DNA of 64,000 nucleotides from Flavobacteriales bacterium. GTDB lineage: Bacteria; Bacteroidota; Bacteroidia; NS11-12g; UBA955. Of this stretch, positions 20,199 to 30,920 are shown piece after piece. How positions within the stretch are numbered: the stretch's first letter is position 1; every line of letters starts with the position of its first letter. The notes beneath the pieces were generated by a model. The model was not told the DNA's origin and ran no database searches. It saw nothing but the letters and a program-made list of their open reading frames with translations. The translations under genes were made by a program, and so were the position numbers. The DNA is taken from positions 10,623-74,622 of the forward strand of contig NSIM01000005.1 in the NCBI GenBank assembly GCA_002737705.1, in the 5' to 3' direction.

Positions 20199-20969
20199 TC
20201 AATTAAACACAGTAATAGAACCCTCCATTTTAAGATTTACTATGCTAGAATATAATTCCTCGGAGCTGCTTCCATTAAAAACATAAAACCGAGCCGGCTT
20301 ATTGCTCACTCCGTATTGTTTTTCAGTCAAGGCCCGAACAAGTCCAGAATGTAACATTTTCCTTCTAAAATTGCGTTTATCAACTTCTCGTTCTAAAATT
20401 ATTTCGTATAGTGACTGCAAATCCCCCATTGTAAATTTAAGGGGTAGTAATTTGAAAGCAATCGGGTAAATCTGAATCATTTCTCGTAATGCCAACAATG
20501 CTGCCTCAAAAATCTCGTTGTGATCAAAGACCAAATCCTTAATTTCGGAAATTGGAACCCACTTTGCCTCTTTGGTAAATGAGCCAGGCTTAATCTCAAC
20601 TTTACTTGTATCAATCAACGCCAAATAGGCTAACGTTATTACCCGTGCATCGGGTTCTTGACGAACACCTTCTAACCAACTGCGATCTTTGGCTTTTGCA
20701 ATCCGCAAAGGGTCTCCAAAGGCTTTAAATTGATGCAGAAAAATCCCAGACAATCCTGTGAGTTCTCTGAGTATTCGGTCGGCAGCCTCATCTAGATTTT
20801 CATTGTCCCGAACTAAATCTCCCGGAAGGCCAAAACGATTATCAGCGTTTTGGAAGGTACTTTTTGCACCGTTTCTATTGATTAACAACAAACACAAAGC
20901 ATTGTCATTTAATCCAAAAATTGAACAATCTACAGAAACATGGGGATTTAAAGATGGGCTCAAAGACAT
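20199..20969 (-). CDS. NrtR/AraR-family Nudix-like transcriptional regulator, paralog 2
   Basis: 256 aa. It shares LPGDL, ELTGL, FDHNEI, LQSLYEIILE and DKRNFRRK with 6759..7451. It is divergent from the kinase and acyltransferase operon. Confidence 0.65.
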   Translation of the reverse strand: MSLSPSLNPHVSVDCSIFGLNDNALCLLLINRNGAKSTFQNADNRFGLPGDLVRDNENLDEAADRILRELTGLSGIFLHQFKAFGDPLRIAKAKDRSWLEGVRQEPDARVITLAYLALIDTSKVEIKPGSFTKEAKWVPISEIKDLVFDHNEIFEAALLALREMIQIYPIAFKLLPLKFTMGDLQSLYEIILEREVDKRNFRRKMLHSGLVRALTEKQYGVSNKPARFYVFNGSSSEELYSSIVNLKMEGSITVFN

Positions 20970-21014
20970 AAATCAACAGGAATTTACACAAGCAATATAA
21001 CCCAAAATTGTTTT

Positions 21015-21046
21015 ATCAAACACAAAAAGTTTTTAAAGTGTTTGAT
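21015..21046. promoter_or_regulatory. 32-bp palindromic element in the divergent intergenic region; operator candidate
   Basis: ATCAAACAC aaaaagtttttaaa GTGTTTGAT. It lies between the regulator at 20969 and the kinase at 21091. Confidence 0.35.
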
Positions 21047-21090
21047 TGACACTTAGAGAAATTTAATTACATTGCAGAAATTTTTAAACT

Positions 21091-21948
21091 ATGATTCTCA
21101 TTGCTGATAGTGGAAGCACAAAATGTGATTGGATTTTTACCGATGGCGGTTCAACGCGTCTATCATTTCACACAATGGGATTCAATCCATTTTTTCATAC
21201 CAGTGAGCTAATCGAAACTGAAATTAAAAAAAATACTTCACTCTTTGCGATCGCTCACCAGGTTGAACAAGTCTTTTTTTATGGGGCAGGTGCCAGCGAT
21301 TTAAAACGCAACGCGGTTGTTGGCAAGGCCCTAAATTCTGTTTTTAGCAAGGCCAAAGTAGTCGTAGACCACGATTTAAATGGTGCCGTTTATGCAACAT
21401 GTGGTGACAATCCAGGTATTTCTTGTATTTTGGGCACAGGCTCTAACAGCTGTTATTTTGATGGAACCACTATATTCGAGGAAGTGCCCGCCCTGGGATA
21501 TTTACTGGGAGATGAGGCAAGTGGAACATATTATGGCAAAGACCTACTTCGCATGTTTCTGTATCACGAACTACCCGAAAAAATCAACAATGGTCTTAAA
21601 GAGAGATACAACCTGACCAAAGAAAGCATATTTGATTCCATTTATAACAAACCGAATCCAAATGTGTATTTGGCTTCGTTCATGCCTTTTCTCAGTGATA
21701 ACCGCGACGAGAAATGGGTGCGAGATTTTATTTACAACGGCTTCAGCAAATTTATAAATATTCATATCTGGAAATACGAAAACCACAAAGAAGTGCCGGT
21801 ACATTTTGTAGGGTCTGTAGCCTTTTATTTTCGTGATCTGTTAAAAGAGGCTTGTAAAATTCACCGCATTCAGGTAGGAATTATTACGAGCGACCCCATC
21901 TTGAATTTAGTAGATTACCACCTAAAAAAATTAGAACTTTTGGCTTAA
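21091..21948 (+). CDS. BadF/BadG/BcrA/BcrD-type ATPase; N-acetylglucosamine-kinase-like sugar kinase
   Basis: The N-terminus LIADSGSTKCDW is typical of this family. Actin-like ATPase fold motifs are present. Confidence 0.6.
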   Translation: MILIADSGSTKCDWIFTDGGSTRLSFHTMGFNPFFHTSELIETEIKKNTSLFAIAHQVEQVFFYGAGASDLKRNAVVGKALNSVFSKAKVVVDHDLNGAVYATCGDNPGISCILGTGSNSCYFDGTTIFEEVPALGYLLGDEASGTYYGKDLLRMFLYHELPEKINNGLKERYNLTKESIFDSIYNKPNPNVYLASFMPFLSDNRDEKWVRDFIYNGFSKFINIHIWKYENHKEVPVHFVGSVAFYFRDLLKEACKIHRIQVGIITSDPILNLVDYHLKKLELLA

Positions 21949-21979
21949 TTACAAACGATTCATTTATTTTTGTTTTGCT

Positions 21980-22930
21980 TTGGCTTCAACAAAATCATCC
22001 AAAAAAATATCACCCTCCGTATCTTCTCAAAAATCCCCGTCTAGTTGGTTGATTGTCTGGGCAGGAATCAGCATTCTTGTTCCTATTTTAATTATTTACG
22101 CCTACAGTGCTTATCCAAAATCAATAAAAATTGGAGCTTTTGAACTCAAAAAGTTACAAGAAATTCAAGATGTTGATGCGATGTTGATCGCTATTGATTC
22201 AACTAACAATCCACTTGCAAAATCTGAAATACAAAAAACTGACTCGATAAGTACCGATTCGATGCCGAGCAATGCAAGGGTTGATATGCCCTTTATCGGT
22301 CCCCATAAATCTTTCATCATCCCGAAATATGAATTCCCACAACCCACAGATAGTACCAAATATAGGATTATATTGATTGGCGATTCTGAAAGTGGGGGCT
22401 TGAGGTATCCCTTAAATGATTATTGTTTTGAAAACGGTCATCGTCTTGTTTTGTCGATGGAGTGGTACTCGGCTACAATATTCAATTTTGCCCGTTCAGA
22501 TACAATAGAGCGTATTATTGCACGTTACAAACCCACCTATATTTTTTTGGTATTTGGACTCAACGAATTATATGCCAGAGACCTGAAAATCAGAAAAAAT
22601 GCAGCAGATTTACTCGCCGAAAAACTTAAAGGAATTCCCTACACATGGATTGGACCTGCCAATTGGCAGGAAGATTTCGGTATCAATACAGTATTTAAAA
22701 GTTCTGCCGACACGGGGTCTTACTTTATGACAAAAAAATTGGTATTGCCCCGAGCTGAGGATGGAAGACATCCAAGCAGTAAGGGTTACAGAATGTGGAT
22801 GGATAGTATTGCTGTTTGGCTAGAAACTGAAGCCAAGTATAAAATATCCATGAAAGTACCCACCAAAAGAGGACGCCCCTTCCGTTCATCGGTCATCACT
22901 TTAAATGCTGCAAAATTCCGTGGATACTAA
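21980..22930 (+). CDS. membrane-anchored SGNH/GDSL-like hydrolase (AlgJ/AlgX-like)
   Basis: An N-terminal TM anchor is followed by ILIGDSESGG, a GDS(L)-type motif. Confidence 0.5.
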   Translation: MASTKSSKKISPSVSSQKSPSSWLIVWAGISILVPILIIYAYSAYPKSIKIGAFELKKLQEIQDVDAMLIAIDSTNNPLAKSEIQKTDSISTDSMPSNARVDMPFIGPHKSFIIPKYEFPQPTDSTKYRIILIGDSESGGLRYPLNDYCFENGHRLVLSMEWYSATIFNFARSDTIERIIARYKPTYIFLVFGLNELYARDLKIRKNAADLLAEKLKGIPYTWIGPANWQEDFGINTVFKSSADTGSYFMTKKLVLPRAEDGRHPSSKGYRMWMDSIAVWLETEAKYKISMKVPTKRGRPFRSSVITLNAAKFRGY

Positions 22931-22958
22931 CTGGTTACAGGGTATTCTTTCCCCATTG

Positions 22959-24416
22959 ATGAAGCCCGAATTCTTGCATAAAGCAATGGCTTATTCTACT
23001 ACTGACCCATGGTTCTTTACAGAATTTAGTTTTTTAGCAATTTTTGGTATCTTTTTGATATTTTATGCAATTTTCATTCAAAAGAATACTTGGCGCAAAG
23101 TATATATCATCGCATTTAGCCTATTTTTTTACTACAAATCGAGCGGCCCATTTCTTGGCCTTTTTGCACTAATGATCTTGAGTGATTATTTATTTGCACT
23201 CCTGATTCAGAAAAAAAATGGGGTAGTGAAACAAATCCTGCTCTGGATCTCACTGTCTTACAGTCTTTCTTTTCTGCTGTATTTCAAATATGCCAATTTC
23301 TTTATTCAAAATTGCAACGAACTTATGGGAACATCCTTTACAAATCAGGATTTGTTCTTGCCAATTGGAATCTCGTTTTACACTTTTCAATCCATAAGTT
23401 ATCTGGTCGATGTATACCGAAATGAAATACCCGCAAGCAAAAACATAGGTGATTATGCTTTTTACATGACATTTTTTCCGCATTTGGTTGCCGGTCCAAT
23501 TGTAAGGGCCAAAGATTTTCTCCCGCAGATTATTGCACCACAAATAATCAACCTCGCCTTATATAAGGAAAGCTTGTTGAGAATTATTACCGGATTATTG
23601 AAAAAATTGTTTGTCGCTGATTATTTGGGAAAATATGTAGACCTCGTTCACCAAACACCCTCAGGATTTTCTGGTGGTGAAAATTTGCTGGCTATGTACG
23701 CTTATAGTTTTCAAATTTATTTCGATTTTTCTGGTTATTCAGACATCGCCATAGGCCTTGCACTCATGCTAGGATACCGACTTAAGGAAAACTTCGACAA
23801 TCCCTATTTGGCAAAAAACATTACTGAATTTTGGAGAAAATGGCATATATCTCTCAGTAATTGGCTGCGCGACTATGTTTATATTCCGTTGGGTGGAAAC
23901 CGCAAAGGGGTTTTTCATACTTACATATTCCTTATGACAACCATGTTTATTGGCGGTCTTTGGCACGGAGCAAATTGGCGATTCGTATTCTGGGGTTTGG
24001 CCCATGGATTGGCTTTGGCTTTGCATAAACTATGGAAACAGATTTTCCCTTCTTCCAAGAGAACTTGGTATTCATCCCTGTTCGGTACACTGTTCACATT
24101 TCATTTTGTAGGACTCTGTTGGATTTTATTCCGTGCGCATTCATTCGAATCGGCCTTTGTTAGTATTGGGCAAATTGCATACAATACAGAATGGCTGAAT
24201 TTCACAGGATTTTGGATATCGCGATCATCCGTTGCCTATCTCTTAGTGATTGCGGCTTTCATTGTATTTTTCCCCGAGAAACTCAAAGAAAAATGTTTCA
24301 AACTGTTGCTTCGTCTCCCCGCTATAACATGGATAATCTGGATTGCCATCGCCCTTCAGATTGTGGTTCAATTCAAAGACGATATTGTTCAACCCTTCAT
24401 TTACTTCCAATTCTAA
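22959..24416 (+). CDS. MBOAT-family membrane O-acyltransferase (AlgI/DltB/PatA-like)
   Basis: A multi-TM protein. The conserved His motif WRKWHISLSNWLRDYVYIPLGG and a downstream LWHG are present. The start is uncertain; the ORF extends to 22905. Confidence 0.8.
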   Translation: MKPEFLHKAMAYSTTDPWFFTEFSFLAIFGIFLIFYAIFIQKNTWRKVYIIAFSLFFYYKSSGPFLGLFALMILSDYLFALLIQKKNGVVKQILLWISLSYSLSFLLYFKYANFFIQNCNELMGTSFTNQDLFLPIGISFYTFQSISYLVDVYRNEIPASKNIGDYAFYMTFFPHLVAGPIVRAKDFLPQIIAPQIINLALYKESLLRIITGLLKKLFVADYLGKYVDLVHQTPSGFSGGENLLAMYAYSFQIYFDFSGYSDIAIGLALMLGYRLKENFDNPYLAKNITEFWRKWHISLSNWLRDYVYIPLGGNRKGVFHTYIFLMTTMFIGGLWHGANWRFVFWGLAHGLALALHKLWKQIFPSSKRTWYSSLFGTLFTFHFVGLCWILFRAHSFESAFVSIGQIAYNTEWLNFTGFWISRSSVAYLLVIAAFIVFFPEKLKEKCFKLLLRLPAITWIIWIAIALQIVVQFKDDIVQPFIYFQF

Positions 24417-26062
24417 TGGCATTCAAGCACATTATTTTTCTTGTTATTGCCCTATTTTTAAATACAAACAATCTTCATTCCCAGTCTGAATCAACAGATA
24501 GCCCTTCTATTTTCAAGGACTTTAATCCCTTGGAGGATTCGCAAAAACTGCAAAAAGCCATGAAAAAATTGCATGCTGTATTTAAAAATCAAGGTAAAAA
24601 AGGTATCGATACGATGTTTACGATCATTCATATTGGAGACAGTCATATCCAAGGTGACTATTTTAGCGGTGAAATTCGCCGGCTTTTACAGGGCTATTTT
24701 GGCAATGCCGGACAAGGATTGCTATTCCCCTATGCTTTGGCTAAAAGTTATGGACCACGGGGAGCATTGCTAAGCCAAAAGGGGGGTTGGACAGGAATCA
24801 AAACCCTAACACCAAACCTTCTTGAGCCCCTTGGATTGAATGGATATGGGGCAGTAACCCACAATGAAAATGCACAAATCACAATTGCATTCAATGAAAA
24901 ATTCAATGATAGTGTATTCCAACGTATCAATATTTGGCATACAGCAGATCCAAAATCATATATTACCCGATTGAACGACGACTTTTCTTGGGCGGGTAGC
25001 CAATTGTATACTTCTGGTTGGGGAGTCAGTTCTTACACAAGCCGAAAATTTGTCAAATCATTTACCCTCACCGCACTCTCGACCCACCCTGTGCAAAACC
25101 ATTATGGATTCTACGGATTTGAATTGCTACCAACCCCTCGAAGAGGAATCGCATACCACCATTGCGGTGTTGTCGGCGCGCAATTCACTCACCTCATCGA
25201 AAAAGCCCCATGGACAATCGAACAAATTGCCCACCTAAAACCCGATATTGTGATTTTCTCATTTGGCACAAACGAATCTTATAATGGAAAACACGATAGC
25301 GCTGTCTATTCTGAATCGGTTCAAAAATTCCTCTCTGAACTGGTTGTTGCATCACCCCAAACTGCAATTATCATTACGACAGCGCCTGATACACGGAGCC
25401 GGAATTTGATACCTCCAAAACAAATATCGGTAAACAATCAACTTAAAACTTTAGCGAAGAATGCCCACCTAACCTTATATGATTTGAATACCGCAATGGG
25501 CGGATGGGGGTCAATGAACTTATGGTATAAAAACAAATTAACCCTTGCAGACAAACTCCATTTTACCGCTTCCGGTTATGCCCTTCAAGGTAAACTCTTT
25601 AGCCTTTCATTCATGCAATTCTATAATAAAGTCAACGAGAAAGACACCCTACCCATTGATACCTTGAGAAATGCAGTTTGCCAATCTATGGAAAATTTAT
25701 GGCTTGATTATAGGGTACTCCCCCTTGGCGATTCAACCAAACCAAATAAAACTTTACAACCAATTCCCATTCTAGTAAATGGTGTTTCATCCGATTCTCT
25801 GCTGAGTACTTCTGAGCCAAAAACCATCTCAAATTTGCCACCCCACAGCAAAACAATCCCTCAGAAAAAAAAGAAATTGGCATCCAACAAAAAAAAGATG
25901 ACTTCTTCTGGAGAAAAAATACACACCGTAAGAAAAGGGGAAAATTTGTACCGCATCGGAAAATTATACCATGTGAGTCATGAATCAATTGCCAAAAAAA
26001 ATCACCTCAATAATCCCAAGGCTATTAAACCCGGTCAAATCTTGATTATTCCCAAGAAATAA
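24416..26062 (+). CDS. SGNH hydrolase with a C-terminal LysM domain (O-acetyltransferase or esterase partner of the MBOAT)
   Basis: Its start overlaps the MBOAT stop (TAATG). The signal peptide is MAFKHIIFLVIALFL. IIHIGDSHIQGD is an SGNH block I. The C-terminal GENLYRIGKLYHVSHESIAKKNHLNNPKAIKPGQILIIP is a LysM-like motif. Confidence 0.7.
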   Translation: MAFKHIIFLVIALFLNTNNLHSQSESTDSPSIFKDFNPLEDSQKLQKAMKKLHAVFKNQGKKGIDTMFTIIHIGDSHIQGDYFSGEIRRLLQGYFGNAGQGLLFPYALAKSYGPRGALLSQKGGWTGIKTLTPNLLEPLGLNGYGAVTHNENAQITIAFNEKFNDSVFQRINIWHTADPKSYITRLNDDFSWAGSQLYTSGWGVSSYTSRKFVKSFTLTALSTHPVQNHYGFYGFELLPTPRRGIAYHHCGVVGAQFTHLIEKAPWTIEQIAHLKPDIVIFSFGTNESYNGKHDSAVYSESVQKFLSELVVASPQTAIIITTAPDTRSRNLIPPKQISVNNQLKTLAKNAHLTLYDLNTAMGGWGSMNLWYKNKLTLADKLHFTASGYALQGKLFSLSFMQFYNKVNEKDTLPIDTLRNAVCQSMENLWLDYRVLPLGDSTKPNKTLQPIPILVNGVSSDSLLSTSEPKTISNLPPHSKTIPQKKKKLASNKKKMTSSGEKIHTVRKGENLYRIGKLYHVSHESIAKKNHLNNPKAIKPGQILIIPKK

Positions 26063-26212
26063 ATTATCTGGAACTATCATTTTCATTGCGATTCGAGCAT
26101 CGCCTGAAAATAAAATCTCATGTTTAGCCCAAATTCAGGTGTCCAAGGTCTATAACCAGCGAGAAATAATCAAAGCCCGACCAAAAATACTTGTAAGAAA
26201 AACTTTCAAGTA

Positions 26213-28120
26213 TTAATGTAAAACCTGCATTCCCATTGCGGTTAATCCACCCTGGGTCTTGAGCTTAATTTGGTATAATCCAGTGGTCAAATTGGCAACA
26301 GGAATTACAATACCTTGGCTGCCGATTACTGTTCCATAATTTACGGTGTATACTTCGCGTCCCATGGCATCAAAAACAGAAACTTCCAGCGCTTTCTCAG
26401 TGCCCTTGAATGTTATGGTCAACTGTTCCGAAGCTGGATTTGGCATCATTTTTATGCCTTCTAAAACTTGTGTACGAATGCCGCTAGGAACGGATGTTAC
26501 CTTTACGTCAAAATACATGGTATCAGACTTACACGGAGGATTGTTGGCAACCAACATCACCTTAAATGTTCCATCTGCACTGAATGTATAGGTAGTGGTT
26601 TGCTGAAAACTTTCATTCCCATCGCTAAAATTCCAATACACATTGGCAGCATTATTACCCGTAAATTTAAAGTTCACTTTTCTTCCGGATACTACAGAAA
26701 AAGATCCAGCTGACTTGGGCTTGAGTGTACCGTATATTGTTTTGGTTTTAATTGTTTCACAGCCCGCCGTATTCTTTACAGATACCTGATAACTTGAAGA
26801 AGCTCCGCTTGCTGTGGCAAAAGTGGTGTTTTTAGTAGACCCATTGCTCCAAAGATACGTATAGGTCTGTGGCGGACCTCCACCCGCAGCCACCGAAGCT
26901 GTCAACTGCACTGAATCTCCATCGCAAACCATAGTATCTGTGGCCGTTAAGTTCACATTTGGTCCATTTTGAATCTGCACTCCCACGTTTCTTTGACCCG
27001 TACAACCTTTATCATCGATTCCTGATACAGTATAAAAAGTAGATGCTGAAGGCAAAGCGTAAATGGTATCACCCGTATTTGAACTCAATCCAGTGGTAGG
27101 TGTCCATGAATAGGTCTCAGCACCACTGGCAATCAATTGAACACCGGTAGTAGCACCTGCACACAATATCGCATTCGCTGGAGTAACGGTAATGACAGGA
27201 GCCGTTGCCGTATTGTCAATCCATATGCGAATGCAATTGGATGTATCCGATTCACTGCTTCTTGAACAAGTTACAATTGCTCTGATATAACGATATTTAC
27301 CAATCGCTGCAGAAAAATTCGCATTGTTTACATTCGCTGTCCAAGCATTCGTAGTAAAGGTGGAAGAATCTGAAGACAGCTGATACTTTAATGACATCCC
27401 CGTAGATGCTGTATTGTTGGACAAGGTAATAGTTGATGGGCCTATTGCTCCGCAGATATAGTATGTCGATGCAGTCAATTTACCCGCATCGGGCTTGCCT
27501 TCACAATAAGTGGGATACGCATCCCAGGTAACACTATCGATAAAAATATTACCCCCACTTGCACCCCCGCGCGCAGTTGCCTGAATCGCAAAATAATTGG
27601 TGGTACCCGTGAAAGAGGCTGGTATAGCAAACGAATATTTGTACCACCCGTGGGTCACCGAATCTGGATATGTTTTCTTGGCATATCGCATAATTCCGCC
27701 CAAACGCTTGGCGCCTGTCAAATTTCTTGCCGTGTTGAACCAAACTGAAACCGAATCACCAGTATTGTAATTTGTGTCACGAAACACGTAAAGTGAGATG
27801 TAACTGTTGGCTGTTCCACGTTTGCTTAAATCAATTACTGGCGACACCAACGTTTGCGTAGCACCAGCCGCAGCACCCCTCGCCGAAAACCGTGCCATGG
27901 CTGAACCCCCAAAAGGTTTGCAGGCAGGGGTAGTACCTGCATTGGCTGTTGTTCTGCGCGACCAAGTAGGTGCTCCAGGTCCTCCACCACCAATGGCCTG
28001 CCAACCCGCAGGTAGAAATGCAGTAGCCTCAAATCCCTCTCCAGCTGTCACTTGGGCTTCGATTTTCCCAATTGGAAATATCGAGAAAATTAAAAACGAA
28101 TAGATTAGTATTTTTTTCAT
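26213..28120 (-). CDS. T9SS cargo protein: an N-terminal anchor-like domain, PKD/Ig-like repeats and a type A C-terminal sorting domain
   Basis: Signal peptide MKKILIYSFLIFSIFPIG. The C-terminus ...MMPNPASEQLTITF...GLYQIKLKT... matches the T9SS CTD pattern. The ORF track's upstream extension overlaps the neighbouring gene. Confidence 0.7.
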   Translation of the reverse strand: MKKILIYSFLIFSIFPIGKIEAQVTAGEGFEATAFLPAGWQAIGGGGPGAPTWSRRTTANAGTTPACKPFGGSAMARFSARGAAAGATQTLVSPVIDLSKRGTANSYISLYVFRDTNYNTGDSVSVWFNTARNLTGAKRLGGIMRYAKKTYPDSVTHGWYKYSFAIPASFTGTTNYFAIQATARGGASGGNIFIDSVTWDAYPTYCEGKPDAGKLTASTYYICGAIGPSTITLSNNTASTGMSLKYQLSSDSSTFTTNAWTANVNNANFSAAIGKYRYIRAIVTCSRSSESDTSNCIRIWIDNTATAPVITVTPANAILCAGATTGVQLIASGAETYSWTPTTGLSSNTGDTIYALPSASTFYTVSGIDDKGCTGQRNVGVQIQNGPNVNLTATDTMVCDGDSVQLTASVAAGGGPPQTYTYLWSNGSTKNTTFATASGASSSYQVSVKNTAGCETIKTKTIYGTLKPKSAGSFSVVSGRKVNFKFTGNNAANVYWNFSDGNESFQQTTTYTFSADGTFKVMLVANNPPCKSDTMYFDVKVTSVPSGIRTQVLEGIKMMPNPASEQLTITFKGTEKALEVSVFDAMGREVYTVNYGTVIGSQGIVIPVANLTTGLYQIKLKTQGGLTAMGMQVLH

Positions 28121-28127
28121 ACTTCTT

Positions 28128-30920
28128 TTATTTATTACTATCAAAAACCAATACTGTTCCCTGCCTATCAAAATTTCTAAATCCAGAAACTGTTTCATCA
28201 AAAATTGCATGGATGATGTAAACGTACATTCCCGTTTGAACTGGTTGATCCATATAAATTCCATTCCAAGCCTCACTTAAGGGTTTTTTGTCAAATATAC
28301 ATTCACCCCAACGATTATACACACTCCAATAACCTGTTTTTATTGCGCAATCCTTACCCCAATCATCGACAAATCTGGGACGTAATTCATCATTTAAACC
28401 CCGACTTCCAAATGGCGTAAACGCATTGGGCATCCACATTTTACAATCACATCTTAGAGCGAAAACAGTAACTGTATCGAAACGAATCCCGCATTCATTC
28501 TTTGTAGTCAATACATATACACCAGACTGTGAAACCTTTATATCTCCGGTTTTGGCACCTGTATTCCAGCTGTATTTACTGTATCCAGAAAATTGGAGTC
28601 CTTTTAGATAATAGGGATTACCTGCACAAAAATATTCGTTCCGCATCAACCGCTTCTCTGGAAATGTATCAAAATAAATATTAAATGTGTCGGTCCTAAC
28701 ACCACATACATTTGAAAGTGTTAACCAAAATTTTCCACTGCCAGTAATCAAACGACGGGGTCCATTGGTTAAATCGTCCCACACATAATTGATTACATTA
28801 GACTGGGTCATATTCAAATCCCATGCAAACTGCGAGGAACAAAATGTGGTGTCTTTGACCCTTGATTTAGTCGGCGAAAACTTGATTTTTACATCAAATG
28901 TATCATAAGCTACCCCGCATAAGTTATTGATTTTGAGAATGACGTTCTCGGTCGTGTAAAAAAGCTTAGGAACGACAGTATCAGCGTCTGGCCATGTGTA
29001 TTTACTTGCCACTACTTTGTTAAAATTTACCACTATCGATTTTCCCACGCACAAGGCAGTATCTTTTATTTTCGGGCTGACGGGGGGCAATAATAATTTC
29101 AAACGAACGGAATCGACCTTACTTCCACAGGCATTTCGAGTATCTAACCAATATACTCCCGGCTTCGTAAAAGTACGTGTAGACAGAGTACTTCCATTGT
29201 CCCACACATATTTACAAAAGGGTTGGGCTATATCAACAACAAGGGAAAACGGGCTTTTACAAAAAAGCGTATCTTTTAGTTTCGACTTGAATGGCGGAAC
29301 AGTTTTTCCTACGATAAGGGTATCTTTACGGGTACCACAGGCATTGGTTGAATTTACATAATAGGTTCCCTCAGAGGTAAATGTTCGTTTGGCCGATGTA
29401 TTGCCATCATTCCAACTATAAGATTCTGCCAATAATTGGGATGCGTCAACGGTAACACTGGGTACTCCAGGACAAAGAACCAAGGGAGAAATTACGGTTT
29501 TAATAGGAATTGGACAAGCTTGCGTGCAATTCACTGCCTGATTTACAATAAATGAAGCGGTGTCAAAAACCAGTGTAGACAAATCTCCAAAACTGCGGGA
29601 CGTATACGAAGATGTATCCCAAGTCCAGGTTATGTTCGTGCTAGATCCATTATTATTAGCCGTTCCGCAACTTGTGTTACAAGGACTGTTAATCATGAAA
29701 TTATGGTGGGATCCAGCCGAATTGTCTACCCCAAATGACACCATACCACCCTTTTGCATATAATCAAAATTGCGCGCAAATGTATTAGAAACATAATTGT
29801 TGTTTCCGTTCGACAAAATTTTCTGGGTTGTAATGGTTGCTCCAGTTGCAGTATCCACTTGAACCATCAATTGGCGACTCACCGTAACGGACTGATAAGT
29901 GGAAGTGACCCAAAGTGAAGACCCCTCCAACATAATATGTTGACCATTTTCAGAAATATTATTCGTCCCTATAGATTTTGTCCACTTAATGGTTCCGTTG
30001 GCCGTAAACGCTGTCAGCAGAATGTTGGCGGTAAGGTTTGATCCAGTTGTACCCACTGCGAACATGGTTCCTCCTTTGGCAACAACCACTGATCCAAATT
30101 GGTTAATTCCATTGGTTTTTCCTTTGAATATCTTTCGAACCTTTCCATCAAGAGCAATGAAAACTGCAAAAGGATAGGTTTGGGTTGATCGCGCCCACCC
30201 CGTAACAACCCACTCATTGCCAACCCTAGCGATCCCTTGGGCATGGTGTTCGTTGTTACCCAAATCAATATTTATCCCCCATCTCGTTATACCACTCGAA
30301 TCCAATTGTGCGGCAATTAAATTACGTTTTGCAGTTTGCTGGCTTCCCTCACCCACAACCACAAGGGTATTGGCATCATACACCAGGGCTTTGGTTATGA
30401 TGTCACTTTGATTGTTTCTGGCAGACGAAGGCGTTTGACGCGTCCATCGTAATTTCCCATCAGCTGAAAAATATGAAATTGTACCCAAACTGGCGCTAAT
30501 AGCGGAAGCAACAGAAGAACCAACCACCAATGCACCCCCTGATGGGGTGGACACAACATCATAAACCACCTCATTGGCACCCGAAGATTTGACACCAAAC
30601 CGAAGTGATTTGACAAACTTTCCCGAATCATTAAACTGCATCAACCAGCCATCGGAATGATTCGCCCCTCTTACAACGCCATATCCAGCCATCCAAAAAC
30701 CTCTATATCGAGAAGAAACACCGCTTGTGTTCCAAGAAGAAAAAATACCTTGGGCAGGTGCTACAACCCGCTCCGTATTTGTAAAATATTGTCTTTTAAT
30801 AAAGGGGTAGCAAATTGCTTGCGCATGACAAATGCTTACTTTCAATAACGATAAAATAACAAAACAAAGTACAAGAAATTGTTTGGTTACGATTGAATAA
30901 ATATTACAATTCATAAACAC
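28128..30920 (-). CDS. large T9SS cargo protein with a type B (gliding-motility-associated) C-terminal domain
   Basis: 930 aa with repeated ~60-aa Cys-containing modules. The C-terminal ...MPNAFTPFGSRGLNDELRPRF... matches the MPNAFTPNGDGxND type B CTD signature. Confidence 0.7.
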   Translation of the reverse strand: MFMNCNIYSIVTKQFLVLCFVILSLLKVSICHAQAICYPFIKRQYFTNTERVVAPAQGIFSSWNTSGVSSRYRGFWMAGYGVVRGANHSDGWLMQFNDSGKFVKSLRFGVKSSGANEVVYDVVSTPSGGALVVGSSVASAISASLGTISYFSADGKLRWTRQTPSSARNNQSDIITKALVYDANTLVVVGEGSQQTAKRNLIAAQLDSSGITRWGINIDLGNNEHHAQGIARVGNEWVVTGWARSTQTYPFAVFIALDGKVRKIFKGKTNGINQFGSVVVAKGGTMFAVGTTGSNLTANILLTAFTANGTIKWTKSIGTNNISENGQHIMLEGSSLWVTSTYQSVTVSRQLMVQVDTATGATITTQKILSNGNNNYVSNTFARNFDYMQKGGMVSFGVDNSAGSHHNFMINSPCNTSCGTANNNGSSTNITWTWDTSSYTSRSFGDLSTLVFDTASFIVNQAVNCTQACPIPIKTVISPLVLCPGVPSVTVDASQLLAESYSWNDGNTSAKRTFTSEGTYYVNSTNACGTRKDTLIVGKTVPPFKSKLKDTLFCKSPFSLVVDIAQPFCKYVWDNGSTLSTRTFTKPGVYWLDTRNACGSKVDSVRLKLLLPPVSPKIKDTALCVGKSIVVNFNKVVASKYTWPDADTVVPKLFYTTENVILKINNLCGVAYDTFDVKIKFSPTKSRVKDTTFCSSQFAWDLNMTQSNVINYVWDDLTNGPRRLITGSGKFWLTLSNVCGVRTDTFNIYFDTFPEKRLMRNEYFCAGNPYYLKGLQFSGYSKYSWNTGAKTGDIKVSQSGVYVLTTKNECGIRFDTVTVFALRCDCKMWMPNAFTPFGSRGLNDELRPRFVDDWGKDCAIKTGYWSVYNRWGECIFDKKPLSEAWNGIYMDQPVQTGMYVYIIHAIFDETVSGFRNFDRQGTVLVFDSNK

